Positions 11,901 to 16,627 of a stretch of DNA of 34,452 nucleotides are shown here, piece after piece. Each line of letters opens with the position of its first letter. Position 1 is the first letter of the stretch. The translations under genes and the position numbers were made by a program. Below the pieces are notes generated by a model that saw only the letters and a program-made list of their open reading frames with translations, did not search any database and was not told where the DNA came from. Origin of the DNA: Candidatus Adlerbacteria bacterium (GTDB taxonomy: Bacteria; Patescibacteriota; Minisyncoccia; Phycocordibacterales; SBAW01); assembly GCA_903915735.1 (NCBI GenBank), contig CAIWUA010000073.1, positions 1 to 34,452 on the forward strand. Reading direction: 5' to 3'.

Positions 11901-14900
11901 ATAGCGGCGGACAATTAGTTGTGGTCGACATTGCCGACCCGACCGCGCCGCACACAGTCGCGACGCTTCCAATAGCACAAGACGGCGCCAACTTTGTGGC
12001 GATACAGGGCAAACTTGCCTACGTTACCGGCGACAACGGTCTCTCGCTTGTCGACATCTCCGACCCGACCAACCCGCAACTTGTCGGCACCAGTAACGAA
12101 AAGGTCGCGCTGGGAGACATGGCTATTGAGGGCCGCTACCTCTTTGCCACCCAGATGGACAGCGGCTCGGTCTATGTGCTCGACCTTGGCGGCAGCTATA
12201 TCCAACAACTCGAGGCCGGCGGCATCAAGGCCGGCAGTCTGTCGGTGACGGGCAACTTCTCGGCACAAAGCGGATCGATTGCCGGCGCACTCAGTGTGGG
12301 CGGCTTGACCGCGCAAGGGCCGGCGGCTATCCACTCGCTGCTGCAGGTATTTGGCAATGGCGGCACCAACGGCGCACGCTACACAGCGACCTACCGCTCG
12401 ACCGAAGGCCTCCAAGTACCGAGCACCGCCACCACGGTTACCGGTCGGCAATTGGCGCTCTTTGGCACCGATGGCGACGGGTTCGAGATTATCGATGTGA
12501 CCAACCCCAACAGCCCCGTTATAAAAGGCCGCTACAGCTCGGTCAACTCGCCGTTTAGCGACCCGTATGTGGCGGGCACCACGGCGTATGGAGCAAACAC
12601 CAACGGCAACCTCGAGGCGGTCGATATTACCGACCCGACCAACCCGCAGTTTGGGTCGGAGACAGCGGGCGATGTGCCGCTCGTTTCGGTGGCGGGGGTT
12701 GAGGCCAGCACGACGGCATCGTCGACTATCTACGCGATCGATGCTGCCGGCAACCTCGAGAAGCTGTATGCCGACCCGTCCGACGGGACGTCGGTCGCCT
12801 ACGACTCTACGTATGTGGCGAGCCATGCGCTCGAGCAGGTGCAGTTTGATTTTGCGCACGAGATGGCCTATGGCGTCAACAGCAACCATCAAATTGAAGT
12901 GGTAAACCTTGTCAATATGTCGAACATTACCTCCTTCGAGGGCTTGGCGCCGATCTTTAAGATCGCTCTCTCAGGCAATTATGTATACGCCACCAACAAC
13001 TACGGTCAACTCATGTCGCTCCACAGTAACAGTAACGGCGACCTCCAACAGGTTGGCATCTACAATACGACCAATGCGTGTATCACGACCGGTACGCCGC
13101 CCGTTATCCACGGTTCGTACGCTTTTGTTTTGACCTGCAACAATGCATTTGAAATCGTAGACATCTCTAACCCGGTGCAGATGAGTTATGTGGGCACCTA
13201 TGCCTCGCCGACCGGCAGCCTCAACTATGCGGCGATTATCGGCAACAACCTGTACTCGATCGACGACAATAATAATCTCGAGATTATCGATGCCTCAAGC
13301 CCCAAGCCGCCGGTGGCTGCAACCTTTACCGGCGGGCACGTGGGCGTCGGCACCACGAACCCCGGCGCGGCGCTGTCGGTAGTGGGCGAGGGCGGCAGTA
13401 CGGTGACGACGCTCGGGCAGTACCAGTCGCCGAGCACCGACCTCAGCAGCAACTACATGGTCGACGGCGACTATGTCTACGCGCTTAACAACAACAGCGC
13501 CATCGAGATAATCGACGAGCGCGACACGGCACGCCCGCAGCGTGTGGCGGTTATCACCGACAAAAACTTCAGTCAAATCGACGTGCAGGGCGACCTGCTT
13601 GCCGCGACGGCGAGCGACGGCAGCGGTCTGCGCCTGTATGACACTGCGGACAAGGCGCACCCGATAGCCACCAGCACGATAGCGGCCAACGATACCGGAG
13701 ATAGTGGTCACTTGGTCTGGCCGGTTATTGTGGGCAACCGGCTGTTTGCGATAGACACAGGCAACAATCAGCTCGAGGCGTTTGATATCTCTGACCCGTC
13801 TAACCCCAGCTACTTGGGCAACTACGCCAGCGTGAGCGGGGACGGGCTCTCTACCAGCTTCCGTATTGCGGTCCAGGGTACGGTGGCCTATGTCTACAAC
13901 CAGGACAATCAAATCGAGCTTATCGATGTGCACGACCCAACAGACATGGCACCACTGTCGACTTGGACCGGCGGCTCGGGCGCGAGCGGCGACTTTAGCG
14001 TGTCGGGGCAGTACCTCTTCCAAAGAAACAACGGCGGCAACCTTGAGATTGTCAGCGTGGCCAACCCGGCGAGCCCGAGCGCTATCACCACGTTTTATCC
14101 CGATAGCTCCTTGGGCACTCTCACTAAGAGTATGTTCTACCAGGGTCATCTGTATGTCCCCGACGACTGCCAAATAGACGTACTCGACCTGACCGACCCC
14201 TCGAGCCCGGTACGCGTCGACACCTACCACTCGCCGAGTAGTTGCGCCAGCGAGCCGAACATAAGCCAAAACGGCAAAGCCTTTGTGTACAACGATAGCG
14301 ACGGCATCGAGGCTATCAACATCGCCGGCATAAGCCAAAAAAATATGGCCGCCACCTTTGTTAACGGCCTCGTGGGTATCGGCACCGACAACCCCGACGC
14401 GCAGCTCGATGTCAGTGGTACCTTTGCGGCGAGCGGCGCACTGCGTTTTGGTTCGGGTACCTATTGGATGAACAATGTCCCGACGCTCGCCACCAACGCC
14501 AACGAAGGGCTCTTTATGTACCCGACCCAAACCGGTGGCGGCAACAGCACAGACTATCAATGGATTATCGACGGCGGGTTTGGCGGCTCGATGTCCTTCT
14601 GGGGGAGTATACCGTTTGGCAACCACAACGCGCAGGATACTAGCCTCATCATGTACATGGATGCGTACAACAACCGCGTGGGTATCGGTACCAGCAACCC
14701 GCACGCATTGCTCGATGTCAACGGCGACGTAGCAATATCGGGTTACAACCACTACATCAACTTTAATGCAGACGGCTCCGGTGTCGGGAGTGGCGGCTAC
14801 GGCATTCGCGACACCGGCGGCACCATGCAGTTTAAAAACAGTGGCGGCACGTGGACCAATTTTGGCGCAGGCACCCTGCAGTGGACCGACGACGGTATGG

Positions 14901-16624
14901 GTAACATCGCCTACAACAGTGGCAGTGTCTCTATCGGCGGCAACGTCTCTATTGGCAACGGCGCGGTGAGCTACGACTCGGGCTCGGGCGTGACCGCCAT
15001 CAGCAACCTCTCTATCGGTGCGCTTAACTTCCCGCTTGATGCGGGCATGGTGCAGTGGGTAGACCTGCCGGTATCGGCCGCCCCCGCCGGCACCGAAGAG
15101 GGTTACTCGGCCATGATCGGCGGTGCCGAAGTGCTCACGGTGTACGGCGAGTCAAACGGCGACGGCACCGTGGGCAACCTGCGTGTGGGCATCGGCACCA
15201 CCACGCCGGTGGCGGTACTCGACGTCGAGTCGACCACCTCGTTTGCATTGTTGCCACGCATGGACAACCTCGAGCGCGACGCGATTAGTTTGCCGCAGAC
15301 CGGCGGGCTTATCTTTAACACCGCAAGCTCGACGCTGCAATACTTTGCAACCTCGACACCGGGCACCGTCGAGACCATCGGCACTTTGGCCGCCGATCAG
15401 GCTGTGTATGACGGCCCGGCCGAGGGTCAAACATACACCACGACCGCCGCCGGGCGACTCACGCAAATCGAAGGCTCCTTTGCAATACGCACGGCGCCCG
15501 ACTCGGTGGTGGCCAAAGTGTACGACGCGCCCAACGGCAAGCTCTTGGGTGTGTCGGACAATGCGGTGTCCGACAGCGACGCCACCGAGTTTACCTTTGT
15601 CGACGGCACGTGGACCTTTAACAACTGGGCGGTGATGCTAAAGGCAAACACGAGCTACTACATCGAATTTACCGCGGTCGGCAACAACAATCTATATTTC
15701 GACACGACGCAAAATTATCCCGGCTCGGGCGGTGTGTACGCCGGCGGCAAGCACTACTCGGGCCCGAGCGGCTCGGTATCGGCGCATGACGACATGGACC
15801 TCAACATGCGCTTGACCTACGGCGGTTCGACGGGCGGATGGTCTGATGTCGGCTACGGCGGCGCCTTCGAGTGGAGTAATGCCGGTGGCACGGGCGCGAT
15901 GTCGTATGTCGGCGGCAATGTCGGTATCGGCACCACCTCGCCGTGGACTACCTTTGCGGTCCAAGGCACCGTGGCTATGAGCGGCCTGTCGACAGAGACC
16001 GGCATGAGCGGCGCGGCGCTGTGTCTAACGGCTTCGGGCGAAGTCGTCGTTAACTCGGGCGTACAAGACTGTACGCTGTCCTCCGAGCGCTACAAACACA
16101 ATATAGAAGGCCTCGATATTTCCGGCACTTCGACCATTATGGAGCTTTCGCCGTCGTCGTTTGTATACAACAGCGACACGGCATCGACGACGCATTGGGG
16201 CTTTATCGCCGAGGCGCTCGCGTCGACCAGCCCCGAACTTGCGCAGTACGGGCTCGACGGCAAACCGCAGTCGGTCAACCAAATCGGCATACTCGCGGTG
16301 GTCGTCAAGGCGGTGCAAGAGCTCACGGCTACGATCCAAGGATTTGCCGAACGCTTTACCTCCAAAGAGGTCGACACACAAAAGTTGTGCGTCGGCGACA
16401 CCTGCGTGACACAAGATCAGCTCAAGGCACTCTTGCAGGCGGCGGGCTCGTCGTCGACCCCTGCGGCACCAAGCGGTGCGGCGACCTCGAGCGACTCAAC
16501 CTCTGGCACCGACGACTCGGCAAGCTCTACGCCGGCCGATACCGAAGCGTCTTCGACGCCACCTGTCGCGCCTACTGACACAGACTCTGCAAGCACCTCT
16601 CCCGACGCCACACCGGCCAATTAA
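2936..16624 (+). CDS. Giant secreted tail-fibre-like surface protein (4,562 aa). Order: signal peptide, GIGT-collar stalk modules, seven LVIVD-like beta-propeller blocks, two paralogous beta-sandwich-like domains, S74-type C-terminal intramolecular chaperone, acidic S/T/P tail
   Basis: One uninterrupted 13,689-nt ORF. The N-terminus MALRLHTVFGVFFAVLALYGAPLFVAHAAW is a signal peptide. GGAGGGG (2917-2923) lies upstream, and there is no in-frame alternative start after the TAA at 2912. A coherent repeat architecture runs throughout (see sub-features). Confidence 0.92.
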   Translation: MALRLHTVFGVFFAVLALYGAPLFVAHAAWDHTPYAAGQTLNPECGPTDENCTVNTNYFSQPVGFATTTPAATVEIAGSGRGNTFLGSGSSLLNIDAANEGPWGLTFQNDVAGMGNEVGFYLGNDGTFHLSDNIGHFLFNAFQNGNVTLAQYGGRVGVGTSNPQSTLDVGGDIGISGYNRYLNFNVDNFGVGSGGFGLRDNGGTIQYKNLGGSWTDLSQSAWETNGSGIDYGGGSVGIGTTEPKTTLTVNGALSTLLEGDVFKQYDPTTGEGNLYPLLGRYFDESGSPYSGMTFLFGSGPSAAVGIEKPGGDKVNLFRVRADNSTFTGNVGIGTTNPTSKLDVVSMPGTDVGDSVASFTSNDTWQSGFTVSNTSSEAAWSFMVGGDTNNYSGVDVGNFGFYNAASGNFPFIMQRSSNNVILTRDNGRVGIGTSNPNAKLQVDGLVTGDSFGVGQNTWLTNSAPWYGIGLSDLSLPRTEDAGRAVQVAGYGGLNFITSGGQMVLNDQGKVGIGTNDPQSTLDVNGDIRITGSDHRLYFSDGSSMWTSSSTNASGVDSEGDINFTTGGQINLITGDGFATSSKLTVKNNGWIGIGTQDPTSPLDIYDNQTGQRNLLTLQSFFDGGDQGPGILFRDTNNPGGDGAAGIRAISSGQGEAGLAFDTNYSGSLNEAMRIDSRGRVGVGTNNPDEMLQVNGRASADSFSVGQATEDNFNNSPWYGIGQSNITLPGTDYEFGTAVQVAGYYGLLFQAAGGQAVFNQQGNFGIGTTAPATMLDVAGSARLTSTTGDTYLNFGTSTTGADGYGVRFHAGVMQFRNNGGDWTDLGTGYGTPTTTINIAGPGGNDGLKFSSTYSSPTGWAGNVIGSSTNYLYVQNNNRGFDVVDITNRAHPVRVASYQTGSSWINQSFSFGSTVYLIGYDGRYHLEIIDVSDPTHPVETGTYYSTSADHVYQGAAWGGEVYLKNDNGYIEAVNVSNPASPQVDAVIHAHSDDGPFWNPPHASGNRLFVADYNGDVEIFDVTDPTAPVWKSNYHSAQGWAYHYTISGNYLYENFNNFEVVDIHDLTSPTLVATYSSPSSWIDAPTVSGAYAYAENNNSQLEAIDISNPAAPTFVTTYASASGWLNGSPFIDNGYLYTENNNNQLEAIDISNPHVPIAATFTGGRVGVGTLSPDAALSVVGTGGNVPVFKSHYISPTNYLNTPFVLNSIAYSENDNGAIEIIDETDPTHPVLDATYASTTGSLRVPMAAGNALYAVNNSDGSIEVVDVTNKSAPTYLTSLVGQEGSTFNYFTISGSHLYAVDTAGNLEIFNISDPSNITLDDAFTASTGLDYNNVISAQGTWVYVRTTDEDIDIIDASTPSAPTDEGTYSPHTGIVRSFFAADGVLYIQNSSYNIEIADLQTPSSPVYRSTYDVPTNLFIRSGAEEENRFLYIPDNDCSIEVVDVNDQYNPRLVSVYKGPSNCAGNAFVDSNKLYVINGNDQLEVADISSVPHPSSAATFEDGLVGIGTNTPHATLDVNGNVALSGYNRYFNFNADNSGVGQNGYGFRDNSGTIQYKNAGGTWSDFSAPSGWVAESDGSTRFGSGTYTLSGLPTKSSDITDGLFLYPVNVNSNTDWRYYIDDDSTDSLSFYGNSCASDCHNASAASVIMHLNASGEVGIGTSTPAAKLDVAGSARLIADGDAYLNFNSTTNYAGDTIGNGGYGIRMHNGVMQFRNESGDWTDMGSGTGSISSTTALTLIGTTTPPVISGTSTYGDWPTAVAIQGHYAYSVNSNSGSFTVTDITNHNSPVVVDVITGLGSDYDSPEDIAVAGHYAYVTSEGNERLYVVDISNAENVSVVGSYDFSSLGNGPDHIKVEGSYAYVTAPNAGLAVLNIQNPLNITLTGFLKLPGADPLTVQGSYVYVSDVTTNDVYAINVADPAHPAIVGGISVASAYGLDMAGRYLYVASNNSGELTVIDAADPSSLSFVTSVETDNYPGFVKIEGKRAYVSTSNGLDVFDISDPTSPVFVSTALSGTYVVNFDTDGQWGYALVEGIGGALLTVDLGSSYIQNLAAGGIKTTSLTIEHALSAQSGLFQNGVSVGGSVLANGGISAMGQSSFERIGVGTTTMRAGLDVVGSSNDQVVTLTSASATSTGNIVDMAWGDGVLAAAEDGTVTIWTTSGTTLQWQSTITATDSIKAVAIVGSLLLVGDGRYLKAYAITDPTNPTYQNEVYTGEQIRGITTYGNIAYVVNDASVIETYDLAVLVGGSDNPFLGYASLSGTPYHVKLSADGNYAYVSEWGRVQVIDVSNLTSPVSTGAYAPGDIGGGGIAVGNGYAYTTRNTSDGKSFVVLDTSDPTNPVPVGYADIGIDREYTGMVVVGSTVYVSDGDLDSVYAINVSKPTHPVVVGHSPTQSSYNRAIATDGSGNLFVGEFGTLEGFSTSAQSLAALFMNGNVGIGTSQPQAQLEISGQGSGNFFGDPTLLAIHTQDGTPWGIAFVNDAAGSNIGFGEFLTNDGTLVFEKGDDMNNLSLTQDGLMGIGTRTPDAKLTIANGGIHLTNTGDNYINFGEAPGELTGAEGYGIRIHNGAMQFKNEGGDWTDMGSGGGGNLSLSGSMLTTTLGTTTQYTDGTGAFVDGTTDHAVIVGQTITPAHNGMLQSVEALIRMFDVDHDGQVIVKIYDDNNGTLLAQADAPQVAPYMYGAPADTTWTFNASRLMLQAGHTYDVEFVSLSNNDIMLFEADGDAYAGGNMYDGPYHGSLTPQPGNDLQFNVVYGGQTGGLVEVGSLASPLSLNLLGSTTPMTLASTSVGQTPWGMTVAGGWGYVANGESGTLSVLSLSNPLHPQTVATLSGFGQSGGPTEVPEDVAVQGSYAYVTSEEESRLYVVDISNRAKPAIISSVEFGDLGGSNSPDHVVVQGQYAYVADEDQGLVIINIGDPKHPTIASRMGNNGSPEQLAVRGKYVYITNTDQKGLDVVDVSDPSAPHIVGHDDIAGGPYGVTLDSRYAYVTLGMSDSGGQLVVVDIADPTAPHTVATLPIAQDGANFVAIQGKLAYVTGDNGLSLVDISDPTNPQLVGTSNEKVALGDMAIEGRYLFATQMDSGSVYVLDLGGSYIQQLEAGGIKAGSLSVTGNFSAQSGSIAGALSVGGLTAQGPAAIHSLLQVFGNGGTNGARYTATYRSTEGLQVPSTATTVTGRQLALFGTDGDGFEIIDVTNPNSPVIKGRYSSVNSPFSDPYVAGTTAYGANTNGNLEAVDITDPTNPQFGSETAGDVPLVSVAGVEASTTASSTIYAIDAAGNLEKLYADPSDGTSVAYDSTYVASHALEQVQFDFAHEMAYGVNSNHQIEVVNLVNMSNITSFEGLAPIFKIALSGNYVYATNNYGQLMSLHSNSNGDLQQVGIYNTTNACITTGTPPVIHGSYAFVLTCNNAFEIVDISNPVQMSYVGTYASPTGSLNYAAIIGNNLYSIDDNNNLEIIDASSPKPPVAATFTGGHVGVGTTNPGAALSVVGEGGSTVTTLGQYQSPSTDLSSNYMVDGDYVYALNNNSAIEIIDERDTARPQRVAVITDKNFSQIDVQGDLLAATASDGSGLRLYDTADKAHPIATSTIAANDTGDSGHLVWPVIVGNRLFAIDTGNNQLEAFDISDPSNPSYLGNYASVSGDGLSTSFRIAVQGTVAYVYNQDNQIELIDVHDPTDMAPLSTWTGGSGASGDFSVSGQYLFQRNNGGNLEIVSVANPASPSAITTFYPDSSLGTLTKSMFYQGHLYVPDDCQIDVLDLTDPSSPVRVDTYHSPSSCASEPNISQNGKAFVYNDSDGIEAINIAGISQKNMAATFVNGLVGIGTDNPDAQLDVSGTFAASGALRFGSGTYWMNNVPTLATNANEGLFMYPTQTGGGNSTDYQWIIDGGFGGSMSFWGSIPFGNHNAQDTSLIMYMDAYNNRVGIGTSNPHALLDVNGDVAISGYNHYINFNADGSGVGSGGYGIRDTGGTMQFKNSGGTWTNFGAGTLQWTDDGMGNIAYNSGSVSIGGNVSIGNGAVSYDSGSGVTAISNLSIGALNFPLDAGMVQWVDLPVSAAPAGTEEGYSAMIGGAEVLTVYGESNGDGTVGNLRVGIGTTTPVAVLDVESTTSFALLPRMDNLERDAISLPQTGGLIFNTASSTLQYFATSTPGTVETIGTLAADQAVYDGPAEGQTYTTTAAGRLTQIEGSFAIRTAPDSVVAKVYDAPNGKLLGVSDNAVSDSDATEFTFVDGTWTFNNWAVMLKANTSYYIEFTAVGNNNLYFDTTQNYPGSGGVYAGGKHYSGPSGSVSAHDDMDLNMRLTYGGSTGGWSDVGYGGAFEWSNAGGTGAMSYVGGNVGIGTTSPWTTFAVQGTVAMSGLSTETGMSGAALCLTASGEVVVNSGVQDCTLSSERYKHNIEGLDISGTSTIMELSPSSFVYNSDTASTTHWGFIAEALASTSPELAQYGLDGKPQSVNQIGILAVVVKAVQELTATIQGFAERFTSKEVDTQKLCVGDTCVTQDQLKALLQAAGSSSTPAAPSGAATSSDSTSGTDDSASSTPADTEASSTPPVAPTDTDSASTSPDATPAN
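3394..5410 (+). other. N-terminal stalk region of the giant ORF, containing eight collar motifs (G-x-V-G-I/V-G-T-x-x-P-x-x-x-L-D-V) and two 'QY/F-K/R-N-x-G-G-x-W-T-D' modules
   Basis: Read from the translation: GRVGVGTSNPQSTLDV, GSVGIGTTEPKTTLTV, GNVGIGTTNPTSKLDV, GRVGIGTSNPNAKLQV, GKVGIGTNDPQSTLDV, GWIGIGTQDPTSPLDI, GRVGVGTNNPDEMLQV, GNFGIGTTAPATMLDV. There is also a duplicated SPWYGIG...AVQVAGY segment. Confidence 0.6.
5510..6405 (+). repeat. LVIVD-like beta-propeller block 1 (7 blades, type A) in the giant ORF
   Basis: Blade cores: FDVVDITNRAHPV, LEIIDVSDPTHPV, IEAVNVSNPASPQ, VEIFDVTDPTAPV, FEVVDIHDLTSPT, LEAIDISNPAAPT, LEAIDISNPHVPI. Period is about 43 aa. Boundaries are approximate. Confidence 0.6.
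6485..7423 (+). repeat. LVIVD-like beta-propeller block 2 (7 blades, type A)
   Basis: Blade cores: IEIIDETDPTHPV, IEVVDVTNKSAPT, LEIFNISDPSNIT, IDIIDASTPSAPT, IEIADLQTPSSPV, IEVVDVNDQYNPR, LEVADISSVPHPS. Confidence 0.6.
8170..9075 (+). repeat. LVIVD-like beta-propeller block 3 (7 blades, type B with G-x-Y-A-Y-V strands)
   Basis: GHYAYSVN..FTVTDITNHNSPV, GHYAYVTS..LYVVDISNAENVS, GSYAYVTA..LAVLNIQNPLNIT, GSYVYVSD..VYAINVADPAHPA, GRYLYVAS..LTVIDAADPSSLS, GKRAYVST..LDVFDISDPTSPV. The block ends LLTVDLGSSYIQNLAAGGIK. Confidence 0.6.
9290..10190 (+). repeat. Divergent propeller-like block 4 (about 7 blades, type C)
   Basis: YLKAYAITDPTNPT, VQVIDVSNLTSPV, FVVLDTSDPTNPV and VYAINVSKPTHPV, plus degenerate blades (VTIWTTSGTT, VIETYDLAVL, LFVGEFGTLE). 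Confidence 0.45.
10720..11190 (+). other. Domain X, copy 1: about 155-aa beta-sandwich-like domain of unknown function (its pattern is reminiscent of DUF4082-type domains)
   Basis: GQTITPAHNGMLQSVEALIRMFDVDHDGQVIVKIYDDNNGTLLAQADAP...TTWTFNASRLMLQAGHTYDVEFVSLSNNDIMLFEAD...YAGGNMYDGPYHGS...NDLQFNVVYGG. It is paralogous to 15380-15826. Confidence 0.4.
11270..12210 (+). repeat. LVIVD-like beta-propeller block 5 (7 blades, type B; paralogue of block 3)
   Basis: GGWGYVANG..LSVLSLSNPLHPQ, GSYAYVTS..LYVVDISNRAKPA, GQYAYVAD..LVIINIGDPKHPT, GKYVYITN..LDVVDVSDPSAPH, SRYAYVTL..LVVVDIADPTAPH, GKLAYVTG..LSLVDISDPTNPQ. The block ends VYVLDLGGSYIQQLEAGGIK. Confidence 0.6.
12400..13327 (+). repeat. LVIVD-like beta-propeller block 6 (7 blades, type A)
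   Basis: FEIIDVTNPNSPV, LEAVDITDPTNPQ, LEKLYADPSDGTS, IEVVNLVNMSNIT, a degenerate blade LMSLHSNSNGDLQ, FEIVDISNPVQMS, LEIIDASSPKPPV. Confidence 0.55.
13410..14358 (+). repeat. LVIVD-like beta-propeller block 7 (7 blades, type A)
   Basis: IEIIDERDTARPQ, LRLYDTADKAHPI, LEAFDISDPSNPS, IELIDVHDPTDMA, LEIVSVANPASPS, IDVLDLTDPSSPV, IEAINIAGISQKN. Confidence 0.55.
15380..15826 (+). other. Domain X, copy 2 (paralogue of 10720-11190)
   Basis: GQTYTTTAAGRLTQIEGSFAIRTAPDSVVAKVYDAPNGKLLGVSDNAV...GTWTFNNWAVMLKANTSYYIEFTAVGNNNLYFDTT...YAGGKHYSGPSGS...MDLNMRLTYGG. Its conserved positions are in the same order as in copy 1. Confidence 0.4.
16079..16440 (+). other. Peptidase S74-type C-terminal intramolecular chaperone / autoproteolysis domain of the giant ORF
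   Basis: S-S-E-R-Y-K-H-N-I-E-G-L (codons from 16079) fits the S-D-x-R-x-K-x-x-I Ser/Lys dyad signature of tail-fibre and endosialidase chaperone domains. It is followed by FVYNSD...HWGFIAEALAS..PEL...VNQIGILAVVVKAVQEL and LCVGDTCVTQDQLKALL. Confidence 0.7.
16441..16621 (+). repeat. Low-complexity acidic Ser/Thr/Pro/Asp tail (about 60 aa) at the extreme C-terminus of the giant ORF
   Basis: AGSSSTPAAPSGAATSSDSTSGTDDSASSTPADTEASSTPPVAPTDTDSASTSPDATPAN. Confidence 0.8.
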
Positions 16625-16627
16625 TAT

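Noticed and set aside
9038-14752. Long antisense ORFs inside the giant gene: 13295-14752 (485 aa), 11915-12892 (325 aa), 9791-10531 (246 aa) and 9038-9715 (225 aa), all on the minus strand.
   Set aside because: They are Arg/Gly/Val/His-rich with no signal, motif or SD. They are fully embedded opposite a sense frame that carries a coherent repeat architecture. This is the typical open antisense frame of GC-rich coding DNA.
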